Shown: in pieces, positions 35,677-46,371 of the stretch
How positions within the stretch are numbered: position 1 is the first letter of the stretch
Layout: each line of letters starts with the position of its first letter
Source: Macrostomum lignano
Lineage: Eukaryota
Direction: 5' to 3'
DNA length: 64,000 nt
Assembly (NCBI GenBank): GCA_002269645.1
Contig: NIVC01001458.1
Coordinates: 186,001 to 250,000, forward strand
The notes under the pieces: generated by a model
The model's database searches: none
Seen by the model: the letters and a program-made list of their open reading frames with translations, nothing else
Told to the model about the DNA's origin: nothing
Program-made: the position numbers and the translations under genes

Positions 35677-36245
35677 AGAAGGAGAGAGGAGAGAGGGGGA
35701 GAGAGGAGAGAGGAGAGAGGGGGGAGAGAGGAGAGAGGGGGAGAAGAGAGGAGAAAGAGGGAGAAGAGAGGAGAGAGGGGGAGAAGAGAGGAGAAAGAGG
35801 GAGAAGAGAGGTGAGAGGGAGAAGAGAGGTGAGAGGGAGAAGAGAGGAGAGAGGAGAGAGGGGGAGAAGAGAGGTGAGAGGGGGAGAGAGGAGAGAGGTG
35901 AGAGGGGAGAAGAGAGGAGAGAGGGAGAAGAGAGGAGAGAGGGGGAGAAGAGAGGAGAAAGAGGGAGAAGAGAGGTGAGAGGGAGAAGAGAGGTGAGAGG
36001 GGGAGAGAGGAGAGAGGTGAGAGGGGAGAAGAGAGGAGGGAGAGGGAGAAGAGAGGTGAGAGGGGGAGAGAGGAGAGAGAGGGAGAAGAGAGGTGAGAGG
36101 GGAGAAGAGAGGAGAGAGAGGGGAGAAGAGAGGAGAGAGAGGAGAGAGAGGGGAGAAGAGAGGGGAGAAGAGAGGAGAGAGAGGGGGAGAAGAGAGGTGA
36201 GAGGGGAGAAGAGAAGTGAGAGGGGAGAAGAGAGGAGAGAAGAAA
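35677..36245. repeat. Near-pure polypurine (GA-rich) low-complexity tract
   Basis: Direct reading; only scattered T. Confidence 0.95.
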
Positions 36246-36837
36246 GGGGAGATGTGGGAGGGCAGGGGAGAATAGAGAGACATGAGTCGGACAGGATTTT
36301 CGGGGATTCTATGCTCGTAAAAAGCTTTCACCTCTAATAAGGTCCCAATTAAGCCAGTAGTGCTCCAGTCTTTGCTAGGGGGTGGAGGTGCAATTTCGGT
36401 TTAAAGCGCGGTGCTGTGACATACTGACGCGTTTTAAATCAAAGATAAGTAGGGGGGGGGTGAAACAGAGATGAGAAGATCCCTTTATTCAATAGCTAGC
36501 CCCCCTACTGAGAAACTTTATCCACGGAGAATAAAGAAGGTAAATAATTAAAGGCATAGGGAATCCATCTGACTTTTAAATAAGGCTTCAAATGTACTTT
36601 TATAAGAATAAAAAACACCGACTGGGATGGAAGCCAGTGAGGGACCAAGGATGACGGATGAGAATGGGAGATTTAGAAGTCAGTGAGTTTGTCACGTTCC
36701 GGAGGGGCATTAATCCTTGCGATTGTAACTACAGCAACAATAATCAATCCTTTTATGGCCAAAATTATGCTTTTCTGTTGAGGGAAACACCCACACGAAA
36801 ATTTAGGAATTAAACGTCTACATTAGGAATCGCTCGA

Positions 36838-39800
36838 GATTGAGACAGTGAGAATGAGAGTGAGACAGTTGGAGAATGAGAGTGAGACAGTTGGAGAATG
36901 AGAGTGAGACAGTGGGAGAATGAGAGTGAGACAGTGGGAGAATGAGAGTGAGACAGTGGGAGAATGAGAGTGAGACAGTGAGAATGAGAGTGAGACAGTG
37001 GGAGAATGAGAGTGAGACAGTGTGAGAATGAGAGTGAGACTGTGGGAGAATGAGAGTGAGACAGTGAGAATGAGAGGGAGACAGTGGGAGAATGAGAGTG
37101 AGACAGTGTGAGAATGAGAGTGAGACAGTGGGAGAATGAGAGTGAGACAGTGGGAGAATGAGAGTGAGACTGTGGGAGAATGAGAGTGAGACTGTGGGAG
37201 AATGAGAGTGAGACAGTTGGAGAATGAGAGTGAGACAGTTGGAGAATGAGAGTGAGACAGTGGGAGAATGAGAGTAATACAGTGTCAGAATAAGAGTGAG
37301 ACAGTGGGAGAATGAGAGTGAGACTGTGGGAGAATGAGAGTGAGACAGTGTGAGAATGAGAGTGAGACAGTGGGAGAATGAGAGTGAGACAGTGAGAATG
37401 AGAGTGAGACAGTGTGGGAGAATGAGAGTGAGACAGGGTGGGAGAATGAGAGTGAGACTGTGGGAGAATGAGAGTGAGACAGTGTGAGAATGAGAGTGAG
37501 ACTGTGGGAGAATGAGAGTGAGACAGTGAGAATGAGAGTGAGACAGTGAGAATGAGAGTGAGACAGTGAGAATGAGAGTGAGACAGTGAGAATGAGAGTG
37601 AGGCTGTGGGAGAATGAGAGTGAGACAGTGAGAATGAGAGTGAGACAGTGTGAGAATGAGAGTGAGACAGTGGGAGAATGAGAGTGAGACAGTGGGAGAA
37701 TGAGAGTGAGACAGTGGGAGAATGAGAGTGAGACTGTGGGAGAATGAGAGTGAGACTGTGGGAGAATGAGAGTGAGACAGTTGGAGAATGAGAGTGAGAC
37801 AGTTGGAGAATGAGAGGGAGACAGTGGGAGAATGAGAGTGAGACTGTGGGAGAATGAGAGTGAGACAGTTGGAGAATGAGAGTGAGACAGTGAGAATGAG
37901 ATTGAGTCAGTGTGAGAATGAGAGTGAGACAGTGGGAGAATGAGAGTGAGACAGTTGGAGAATGAGAGTGAAACAGTTGGAGAATGAGAGTGAGACTGTG
38001 GGAGAATGAGAGTGAGACAGTGAGAATGAGAGTGAGACAGTGTGAAAATGAGAGTGAGACAGTGGGAGAATGAGAGTGAGACAGTTGGAGAATGAGAGTG
38101 AGACAGTTGGAGAATGAGAGTGAGACAGTGGGAGAATGAGAGTGAGACTGTGGGAGAATGAGAGTGAGACAGTGGGAGAATGAGAGTGAGACAGTGAGAA
38201 TGAGAGTGAGACAGTGGGAGAATGAGAGTGAGACAGTGTGAGAATGAGAGTGAGACTGTGGGAGAATGAGAGTGAGACAGTGAGAATGAGAGGGAGACAG
38301 TGGGAGAATGAGAGTGAGACAGTGGGAGAATGAGAGTGAGACAGTGGGAGAATGAGAGTGAGACTGTGGGAGAATGAGAGTGAGACTGTGGGAGTGAGAG
38401 TGGAGAATGAGAGTGAGACAGTTGGAGAATGAGAGTGAGACAGTGGGAGAATGAGAGTAATACAGTGTCAGAATAAGAGTGAGACAGTGGGAGAATGAGA
38501 GTGAGACTGTGGGAGAATGAGAGTGAGACAGTGTGAGAATGAGAGTGAGACAGTGGGAGAATGAGAGTGAGACAGTGAGAATGAGAGTGAGACAGTGTGG
38601 GAGAATGAGAGTGAGACAGTGTGGGAGAATGAGAGTGAGACAGGGTGGGAGAATGAGAGTGAGACTGTGGGAGAATGAGAGTGAGACAGTGTGAGAATGA
38701 GAGTGAGACTGTGGGAGAATGAGAGTGAGACAGTGAGAATGAGAGTGAGACAGTGAGAATGAGAGTGAGACAGTGAGAATGAGAGTGAGACAGTGAGAAT
38801 GAGAGTGAGGCTGTGGGAGAATGAGAGTGAGACAGTGAGAATGAGAGTGAGACAGTGTGAGAATGAGAGTGAGACTGTGGGAGAATGAGAGTGAGACAGT
38901 GGGAGAATGAGAGTGAGACTGTGGGAGAATGAGAGTGAGACTGTGGGAGAATGAGAGTGAGACAGTTGGAGAATGAGAGTGAGACAGTTGGAGAATGAGA
39001 GGGAGACAGTGGGAGAATGAGAGTGAGACTGTGGGAGAATGAGAGTGAGACAGTTGGAGAATGAGAGTGAGACAGTGAGAATGAGATTGAGACAGTGTGA
39101 GAATGAGAGTGAGACAGTGGGAGAATGAGAGTGAGACAGTTGGAGAATGAGAGTGAAACAGTTGGAGAATGAGAGTGAGACTGTGGGAGAATGAGAGTGA
39201 GACAGTGAGAATGAGAGTGAGACAGTGTGAGAATGAGAGTGAGACAGTTGGAGAATGAGAGTGAGACAGTGGGAGAATGAGAGTGAGACAGTGGGAGAAT
39301 GAGAGTGAGACAGTGGGAGAATGAGAGTGAGACAGTGAGAATGAGAGTGAGACAGTGGGAGAATGAGAGTGAGACAGTGTGAGAATGAGAGTGAGACTGT
39401 GGGAGAATGAGAGTGAGACAGTGAGAATGAGAGTGAGACAGTGGGAGAATGAGAGTGAGACAGTGTGAGAATGAGAGTGAGACAGTGGGAGAATGAGAGT
39501 GAGACAGTGGGAGAATGAGAGTGAGACTGTGGAGAATGAGAGTGAGACTGTGGGAGAATGAGAGTGAGACAGTTGGAGAATGAGAGTGAGACAGTTGGAG
39601 AATGAGAGTGAGACAGTGGGAGAATGAGAGTAATACAGTGTCAGAATAAGAGTGAGACAGTGGGAGAATGAGAGTGAGACTGTGGGAGAATGAGAGTGAG
39701 ACAGTGTGAGAATGAGAGTGAGACAGTGGGAGAATGAGAGTGAGACAGTGAGAATGAGAGTGAGACAGTGTGGGAGAATGAGAGTGAGACAGGGTGGGAG

Positions 39801-42035
39801 AATGAGAGTGAGACTGTGGGAGAATGAGAGTGAGACAGTGTGAGAATGAGAGTGAGACTGTGGGAGAATGAGAGTGAGACAGTGAGAATGAGAGTGAGAC
39901 AGTGAGAATGAGAGTGAGACAGTGAGAATGAGAGTGAGACAGTGAGAATGAGAGTGAGGCTGTGGGAGAATGAGAGTGAGACAGTGAGAATGAGAGTGAG
40001 ACAGTGTGAGAATGAGAGTGAGACAGTGGGAGAATGAGAGTGAGACAGTGGGAGAATGAGAGTGAGACTGTGGGAGAATGAGAGTGAGACTGTGGGAGAA
40101 TGAGAGTGAGACAGTTGGAGAATGAGAGTGAGACAGTTGGAGAATGAGAGGGAGACAGTGGGAGAATGAGAGTGAGACTGTGGGAGAATGAGAGTGAGAC
40201 AGTTGGAGAATGAGAGTGAGACAGTGAGAATGAGATTGAGACAGTGTGAGAATGAGAGTGAGACAGTGGGAGAATGAGAGTGAGACAGTTGGAGAATGAG
40301 AGTGAAACAGTTGGAGAATGAGAGTGAGACTGTGGGAGAATGAGAGTGAGACAGTGAGAATGAGAGTGAGACAGTGTGAGAATGAGAGTGAGACAGTGGG
40401 AGAATGAGAGTGAGACAGTTGGAGAATGATAGTGAGACAGTTGGAGAATGAGAGTGAGACAGTGGGAGAATGAGAGTGAGACAGTGGGAGAATGAGAGTG
40501 AGACAGTGGGAGAATGAGAGTGAGACAGTGAGAATGAGAGTGAGACAGTGGGAGAATGAGAGTGAGACAGTGTGAGAATGAGAGTGAGACTGTGGGAGAA
40601 TGAGAGTGAGACAGTGAGAATGAGAGGGAGACAGTGGGAGAATGAGAGTGAGACAGTGTGAGAATGAGAGTGAGACAGTGGGAGAATGAGAGTGAGACAG
40701 TGGGAGAATGAGAGTGAGACTGTGGGAGAATGAGAGTGAGACTGTGGGAGAATGAGAGTGAGACAGTTGGAGAATGAGAGTGAGACAGTTGGAGAATGAG
40801 AGTGAGACAGTGGGAGAATGAGAGTAATACAGTGTCAGAATAAGAGTGAGACAGTGGGAGAATGAGAGTGAGACTGTGGGAGAATGAGAGTGAGAAAGTG
40901 TGAGAATGAGAGTGAGACAGTGGGAGAATGAGAGTGAGACAGTGAGAATGAGAGTGAGACAGTGTGGGAGAATGAGAGTGAGACAGGGTGGGAGAATGAG
41001 AGTGAGACTGTGGAGAATGAGAGTGAGACAGTGTGAGAATGAGAGTGAGACTGTGGGAGAATGAGAGTGAGACAGTGAGAATGAGAGTGAGACAGTGAGA
41101 ATGAGAGTGAGACAGTGAGAATGAGAGTGAGACAGTGAGAATGAGAGTGAGGCTGTGGGAGAATGAGAGTGAGACAGTGAGAATGAGAGTGAGACAGTGT
41201 GAGAATGAGAGTGAGACAGTGGGAGAATGAGAGTGAGACTGTGGGAGAATGAGAGTGAGACTGTGGGAGAATGAGAGTGAGACAGTTGGAGAATGAGAGT
41301 GAGACAGTTGGAGAATGAGAGGGAGACAGTGGGAGAATGAGAGTGAGACTGTGGGAGAATGAGAGTGAGACAGTGGGAGAATGAGAGTGAGACAGTGAGA
41401 ATGAGAGTGAGACAGTGTGAGAATGAGAGTGAGACAGTGGGAGAATGAGAGTGAGACAGTTGGAGAATGAGAGTGAAACAGTTGGAGAATGAGAGTGAGA
41501 CTGTGGGAGAATGAGAGTGAGACAGTGAGAATGAGAGTGAGACAGTGTGAGAATGAGAGTGAGACAGTGGGAGAATGAGAGTGAGACAATTGGAGAATGA
41601 GAGTGAGACTGTGGGAGAATGAGAGTGAGACAGTGTGGGAGAATGAGAGTGAGACAGTGTGGGAGAATGAGAGTGAGACAGTGTGGGAGAATGAGAGTGA
41701 GACAGTGTGGGAGAATGAGAGTGAGACGGTGTGGGAGAATGAGAGTGAGACAGTGTGAGAATGAGAGTGAGACAGTGTGAGAATGAGAGTGAGACAGTGG
41801 GAGAATGAGAGTGAGACAGTGGGAGAATGAGAGTGAGACAGTGGGAGAATGAGAGTGAGACAGTGGGAGAATGAGAGTGAGACAGTGGGAGAATGAGAGT
41901 GAGACAGTGGGAGAATGAGAGTGAGACAGTGGGAGAATGAGAGTGAGACAGTGGGAGAATGAGAGTGAGACAGTGGGAGAATGAGAGTGGGACAGTGTCA
42001 GAATGAGAGTGAGACAGTGGGAGACTCAGTGAGAC
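36838..42035. repeat. ~5.2-kb 20-24-bp minisatellite (gagaatgagagtgagac[a]gt[g/t]g) with ~1.15-1.2-kb higher-order repeat
   Basis: Rare variants recur at ~1.18-kb spacing (see findings); the 1820-aa and 1434-aa ORFs are repeat translations. Confidence 0.97.
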
Positions 42036-42100
42036 AGTAGAATAATGAGAGTGCAGAGAAAGGTACAGCGGAGCCAGTGTGAGCACAGCTAGCAACTCAC

Positions 42101-42480
42101 GTGGCATTGTCGCTGGCCTCGGGCAGGTCGGACACGGAGCGGCTGGTCCTGAGCAGTTTGGAATTGGGATCGAGCTCCTTACCGCTGAGCAGCCACTCTC
42201 TATAGGAGACGCACATGTACTGCCAGCTGCGATGGGACGGGCCTTTGTATTGCACCTCATAGTAGCGCACAACTCCGTTGGGATTTTTCGGTTCGCGCCA
42301 GAGCAGGCGAACTTCGCTAGGTCGCTCCTCGCTCTGGGGAGACTGGAAGGTCACCTCGCCGGGTATCCGGTCGGCCTGAGCCAGGCCTTCTGTGAGCTGG
42401 ATAATTCTAGCCGGATTGGAGCACAGGTGCAATATTGTCTGGTACTGCGGATGCCGAAACTCTTCCTGACAGGCGATCAG
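42101..42480 (-). CDS. InR: InR exon: end of FnIII-2 and start of FnIII-3
   Basis: LIACQEE...AQADRIPG...VRLLWREPKNPNGVVRYYEVQY...CVS; phase 0 acceptor at 42481, phase 2 donor GTGAGT at 42100. Confidence 0.9.
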
Positions 42481-42569
42481 CTGTTTGGGAGGTGGAGAAC
42501 CGGAAATACCGGAAGTATGTAAATGTCTAGGTCTATACCAAGCTGGAAGCATCTAAATTCTACCGTGCA

Positions 42570-43200
42570 TAGAACCGAAAGTATCTAATCCCACCCATTA
42601 CAGAACCGGAAGTATCTAATCCCACCCATTACAGAACCGGAAGTATCTAATCCCACCCATTACAGAACCGGAAGTATCTAATCCCACCCATTACAGAACC
42701 GGAAGTATCTAATCCCACCCATTACAGAACCGGAAGTATCTAATCCCACCCATTACAGAACCGGAAGTATCTAATCCCACCCATTACAGAACCGGAAGTA
42801 TCTAATCCCACCCATTACAGAACCGGAAGTATCTAATCCCACCCATTACAGAACCGGAAGTATCTAATCCACCCATTACAGAACCGGAAGTATCTAATCC
42901 CACCCATTACAGAACCGGAAGTATCTAATCCCACCCATTACAGAACCGGAAGTATCTAATCCCACCTTAAGAATAACCGGAATTATCTAATCTCATCCTA
43001 AGAATAACCGGAAGTATCTAACCCCGCCCTAAGAATAACCGGAAGCATCTAGTCCCAGCCTAAGAGTAACCGGAAGTATCTAATCCCACCCTAAGAATGA
43101 CCGGAAGCATCTAATCCCAGCCTAAGAGTAACCGGAAGTAACTAATCCCACCCTAAGAATAACCGGAAGTATCTAATCCCACCATAAGAGTAACCGGAAG
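42570..43200. repeat. 31-bp minisatellite (agaaccggaagtatctaatcccacccattac) filling an InR intron
   Basis: Period 31 (42601 to 42632). Confidence 0.95.
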
Positions 43201-43215
43201 TACGGCCGCACTTAC

Positions 43216-43600
43216 CGACAACTCGTAGTGGGTAAAATGCTTCAAATTTGTAACCGTGTACTCAGTGCCTCTAACAGTAACGTATCCATCAGTCCAACGC
43301 TTATTATCGTTAGCTGAATCCAATTGCTTAGTAATACGCTTGGGGCATCGCTCATTGTCGCAGTCTGGCTTGGCTACAGTCGGAGGCGCAGTTGTAGTTT
43401 GCATTGGTGTAGTCGATCTAGAAGTACTGGTAGTAGTAGTTGCTGTAGTAGTGGTAGTGGCAGTAGTAGTTCGCTTCTTATCGCTAGTACTGCGTGTAGA
43501 AGTCCGCGAGCCAGTTGATCTCGAGCTGCTTTCGTTTCCGTTGTTCGGGCGCAGTTTCAACTTGTGCAATCCTTCCACTTCAATATTGCGCATTTCCGGC
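43216..43600 (-). CDS. InR: InR exon: insert domain (Thr/Ser-rich) and FnIII-2 (YTVTNLKHFTHYELS)
   Basis: Phase 2 acceptor cctaaacag at 43601, phase 0 donor GTAAGT at 43215; LKHFTHYELSLIAC matches InR LRHFTGYRIELQAC. Confidence 0.88.
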
Positions 43601-43729
43601 CTGTTTAGGAATTGGTAGCATAAATTATGCTAATTACAAAAACTAAGTAGGATCTTGCTTACTTTGTTACTAAAAATAGACAGGCGGGCGTGCAAAATGT
43701 TCATTTATTGTTATTTTAAAATGATAGGC

Positions 43730-45000
43730 GACTTTCACACACATCAAAGGCAATTCTCAAACAGCATCAAAGGCGATTCTCAAATGCGTCAAAGGCGATT
43801 CTCAAATTCGTCAAAGGCGATTCTCAAATACGTCAAAGGCGATTCTCAAATACGTCAAAGGCGATTCTCAAATACGTCAAAGGTGATTCTCACACACATC
43901 AAAGGCGATTCTCAAACACATCAAAGACGATTCTTAAACACATCAAAGGCGATTTTCACACACATCAAAGGCGATTCTTAAACACATCAAAGGCGATTTT
44001 TAAGCACACCAAAGGCGATTCTCACACATCAAAGGCGATTCTCACACACATCAAAGGTGATTCTCACACACATCAAAGGCGATTCTCAAACACATCAAAG
44101 ACGATTTTCACACACATCAAAGGCGATTCTTAAACACATCAAAGGCGATTCTTAAACACATCAAAGGCGATTTTCACACACATCAAAGGCGATTCTTAAA
44201 CACATCAAAGGCGATTTTTAAGCACACCAAAGGCGATTCTCACACATCAAAGACGATTTTCACACACATCAAAGGCGATTCTTAAACACATCAAAGGCGA
44301 TTTTCACACACATCAAAGGCGATTCTTAAACACATCAAAGGCGATTTTTAAGCACACCAAAGGCGATTCTCACACATCAAAGACGATTTTCACACACATC
44401 AAAGGCGATTCTTAAACACATCAAAGGCGATTCTTAAACACATCAAAGACGATTTTCACACACATCAAAGGCGATTCTTAAACACATCAAAGGCGATTTT
44501 TAAGCACACCAAAGGCGATTCTCACACATCAAAGGTGATTCTCACACACATCAAAGGCGATTCTCACACACATCAAAGGTGATTCTCACACACATCAAAG
44601 GCGATTCTCAAACACATCAAAGACGATTTTCACACACATCAAAGGCGATTCTTAAACACATCAAAGGCGATTCTTAAACACATCAAAGGCGATTTTCACA
44701 CACATCAAAGGCGATTTTTAAGCACACCAAAGGCGATTCTCACACATCAAAGGCGATTCTCACACACACCAAAGGCGATTCTAACACATCAAAGGCGATT
44801 CTCAGAAACATCAAAGGCGATTTTCAAACACGTCAAAAGCGATTCTCAAACAGCATCAAAGCCGATTCTGACACGTCAAAAGCGATTCTCAAACAGCATC
44901 AAAGCCGATTCTGACACGTTAAAGGCGATTCTCAAACAGCATCAAAGCCGATTCTGACACGTCAAAGGCGATTCTCAAACACATCAAAGGCGATTCTCAG
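43730..45000. repeat. ~20-22-bp minisatellite (aaaggcgattctcacacacatc)
   Basis: Direct reading. Confidence 0.94.
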
Positions 45001-45554
45001 GCACTTCAGAAGCAATTTTTACCAAAAATATTTAAAAGATTTTTAGTATCTAAATTTAAAAGATTGACATTGAAAGTGTTACAGCTATTGGCAATAAAAT
45101 AGTTATAAAACCCTCTTAATACAATATTACAATAATAGTAATTCAGGTCAGTTAATACTGAACTCGAAGCAATAGCTAAAACTATACATTTTCAATGCTA
45201 GAAATTGAGCACTTTATTGCAGTAAAAACAGCTTTTACTCATTAAATAATAACTGTCGACAACTGGCAGCATCAAGGCCAACATGGTGGACACAGAAATC
45301 TTGCCAAAAATCGTCCGGTACGGGTGGTTGCCACGGCGACTGGCTACTCAAATCGTGGTAAAAAATACTTGTTGATAGCAATAGCAAATTTATATATAAA
45401 TAAGGCGAACTTCTCGGTAATACACAATCAAATTTTAAGCAAATCTCTTCTCATTGTGTTAAAGATCCCAAAAGATTCGTCCAGCTTCAAGAATCGGGAA
45501 GTATCAAATCCCACACTACACGGAACCGGAAGTATCACCATCCTATCGAGAAAA

Positions 45555-45845
45555 ACTGACATCCATTCTGCTGGAAGTTACCTGAATCCCACCTCATAGA
45601 CAACCGGAAGTATCTAATCTCACCTTATAGACAACCGGAAGTATCTAATCTCACCTTAGAGACAACCGGAAGTATCTAATCTCACCTTATAGACAACCGG
45701 AAGTTATCTAATCTCACCTTATAGACAACCAGAAGTATATAATCCCACCTTATAGACAACAGGAAGTATCCAATCTCACCTTATAGAGAACCGAAAGTAT
45801 CTAATCCCAACTTACAGACAACCGGAAGTATCTAATCCCATCCTA
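45555..45845. repeat. 31-bp minisatellite (caaccggaagtatctaatctcaccttataga), same family as 42570-43200
   Basis: Shared accggaagtatctaat core. Confidence 0.9.
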
Positions 45846-46371
45846 CTGTATACAGAACAGGCACGGGAACTATTCATAAAGTATGAATAAAGATAGCTCC
45901 CAAAGGAATCGTTGAGAAGTTTTGAGAGGTATGTGAGAAGTTTTGCGATTTCTCACATAGCAACTCTGACTGAATTAAAATCTGACACTAATACAATTCA
46001 ATGCTTCTAAAGCACAGGTAGCAAGGCAGTTTGTCAGTGCCGGAGAAGACGACCTGAGAAAAACACACACACACAATAATATAACTTGCCGAACAGTGGA
46101 AGTACTTGCGAACGGCACGGGCAAAATGCGGTGTTTACCGCGCCGCGGAAAACAAGAGACGAGAACAGGACTCAACCGAGCTAGCTATAAATAGAGCAAT
46201 AAAAACTAACTACTTAGCGACATTACTCTATTAACTGCAATTTATTCTATTAACTGGATTTTGTGAGAGGCTATGGGCCCACAACAAACACTCAAGGACT
46301 ATTCACTTACACTAAGTGGATTATTAAGCTTTAAGAACTCTTGTAATACTTTGGACTGCCGCCAGCCTTTT

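Noticed and set aside
36810-42272. 1820-aa and 1434-aa ORFs (SHSHSPTVSLSF repeats)
   Set aside because: Stop-free translations of the intronic minisatellite; the same applies to ORFs at 24380, 27999, 30804, 33388, 46385-48885, 52467, 58369, 60324 and the VCLS/TDRQ ORFs.
45324-45340. RFX X-box-like GTTGCCACGGCGAC
   Set aside because: Two mismatches to the consensus, single site, mid-intron.
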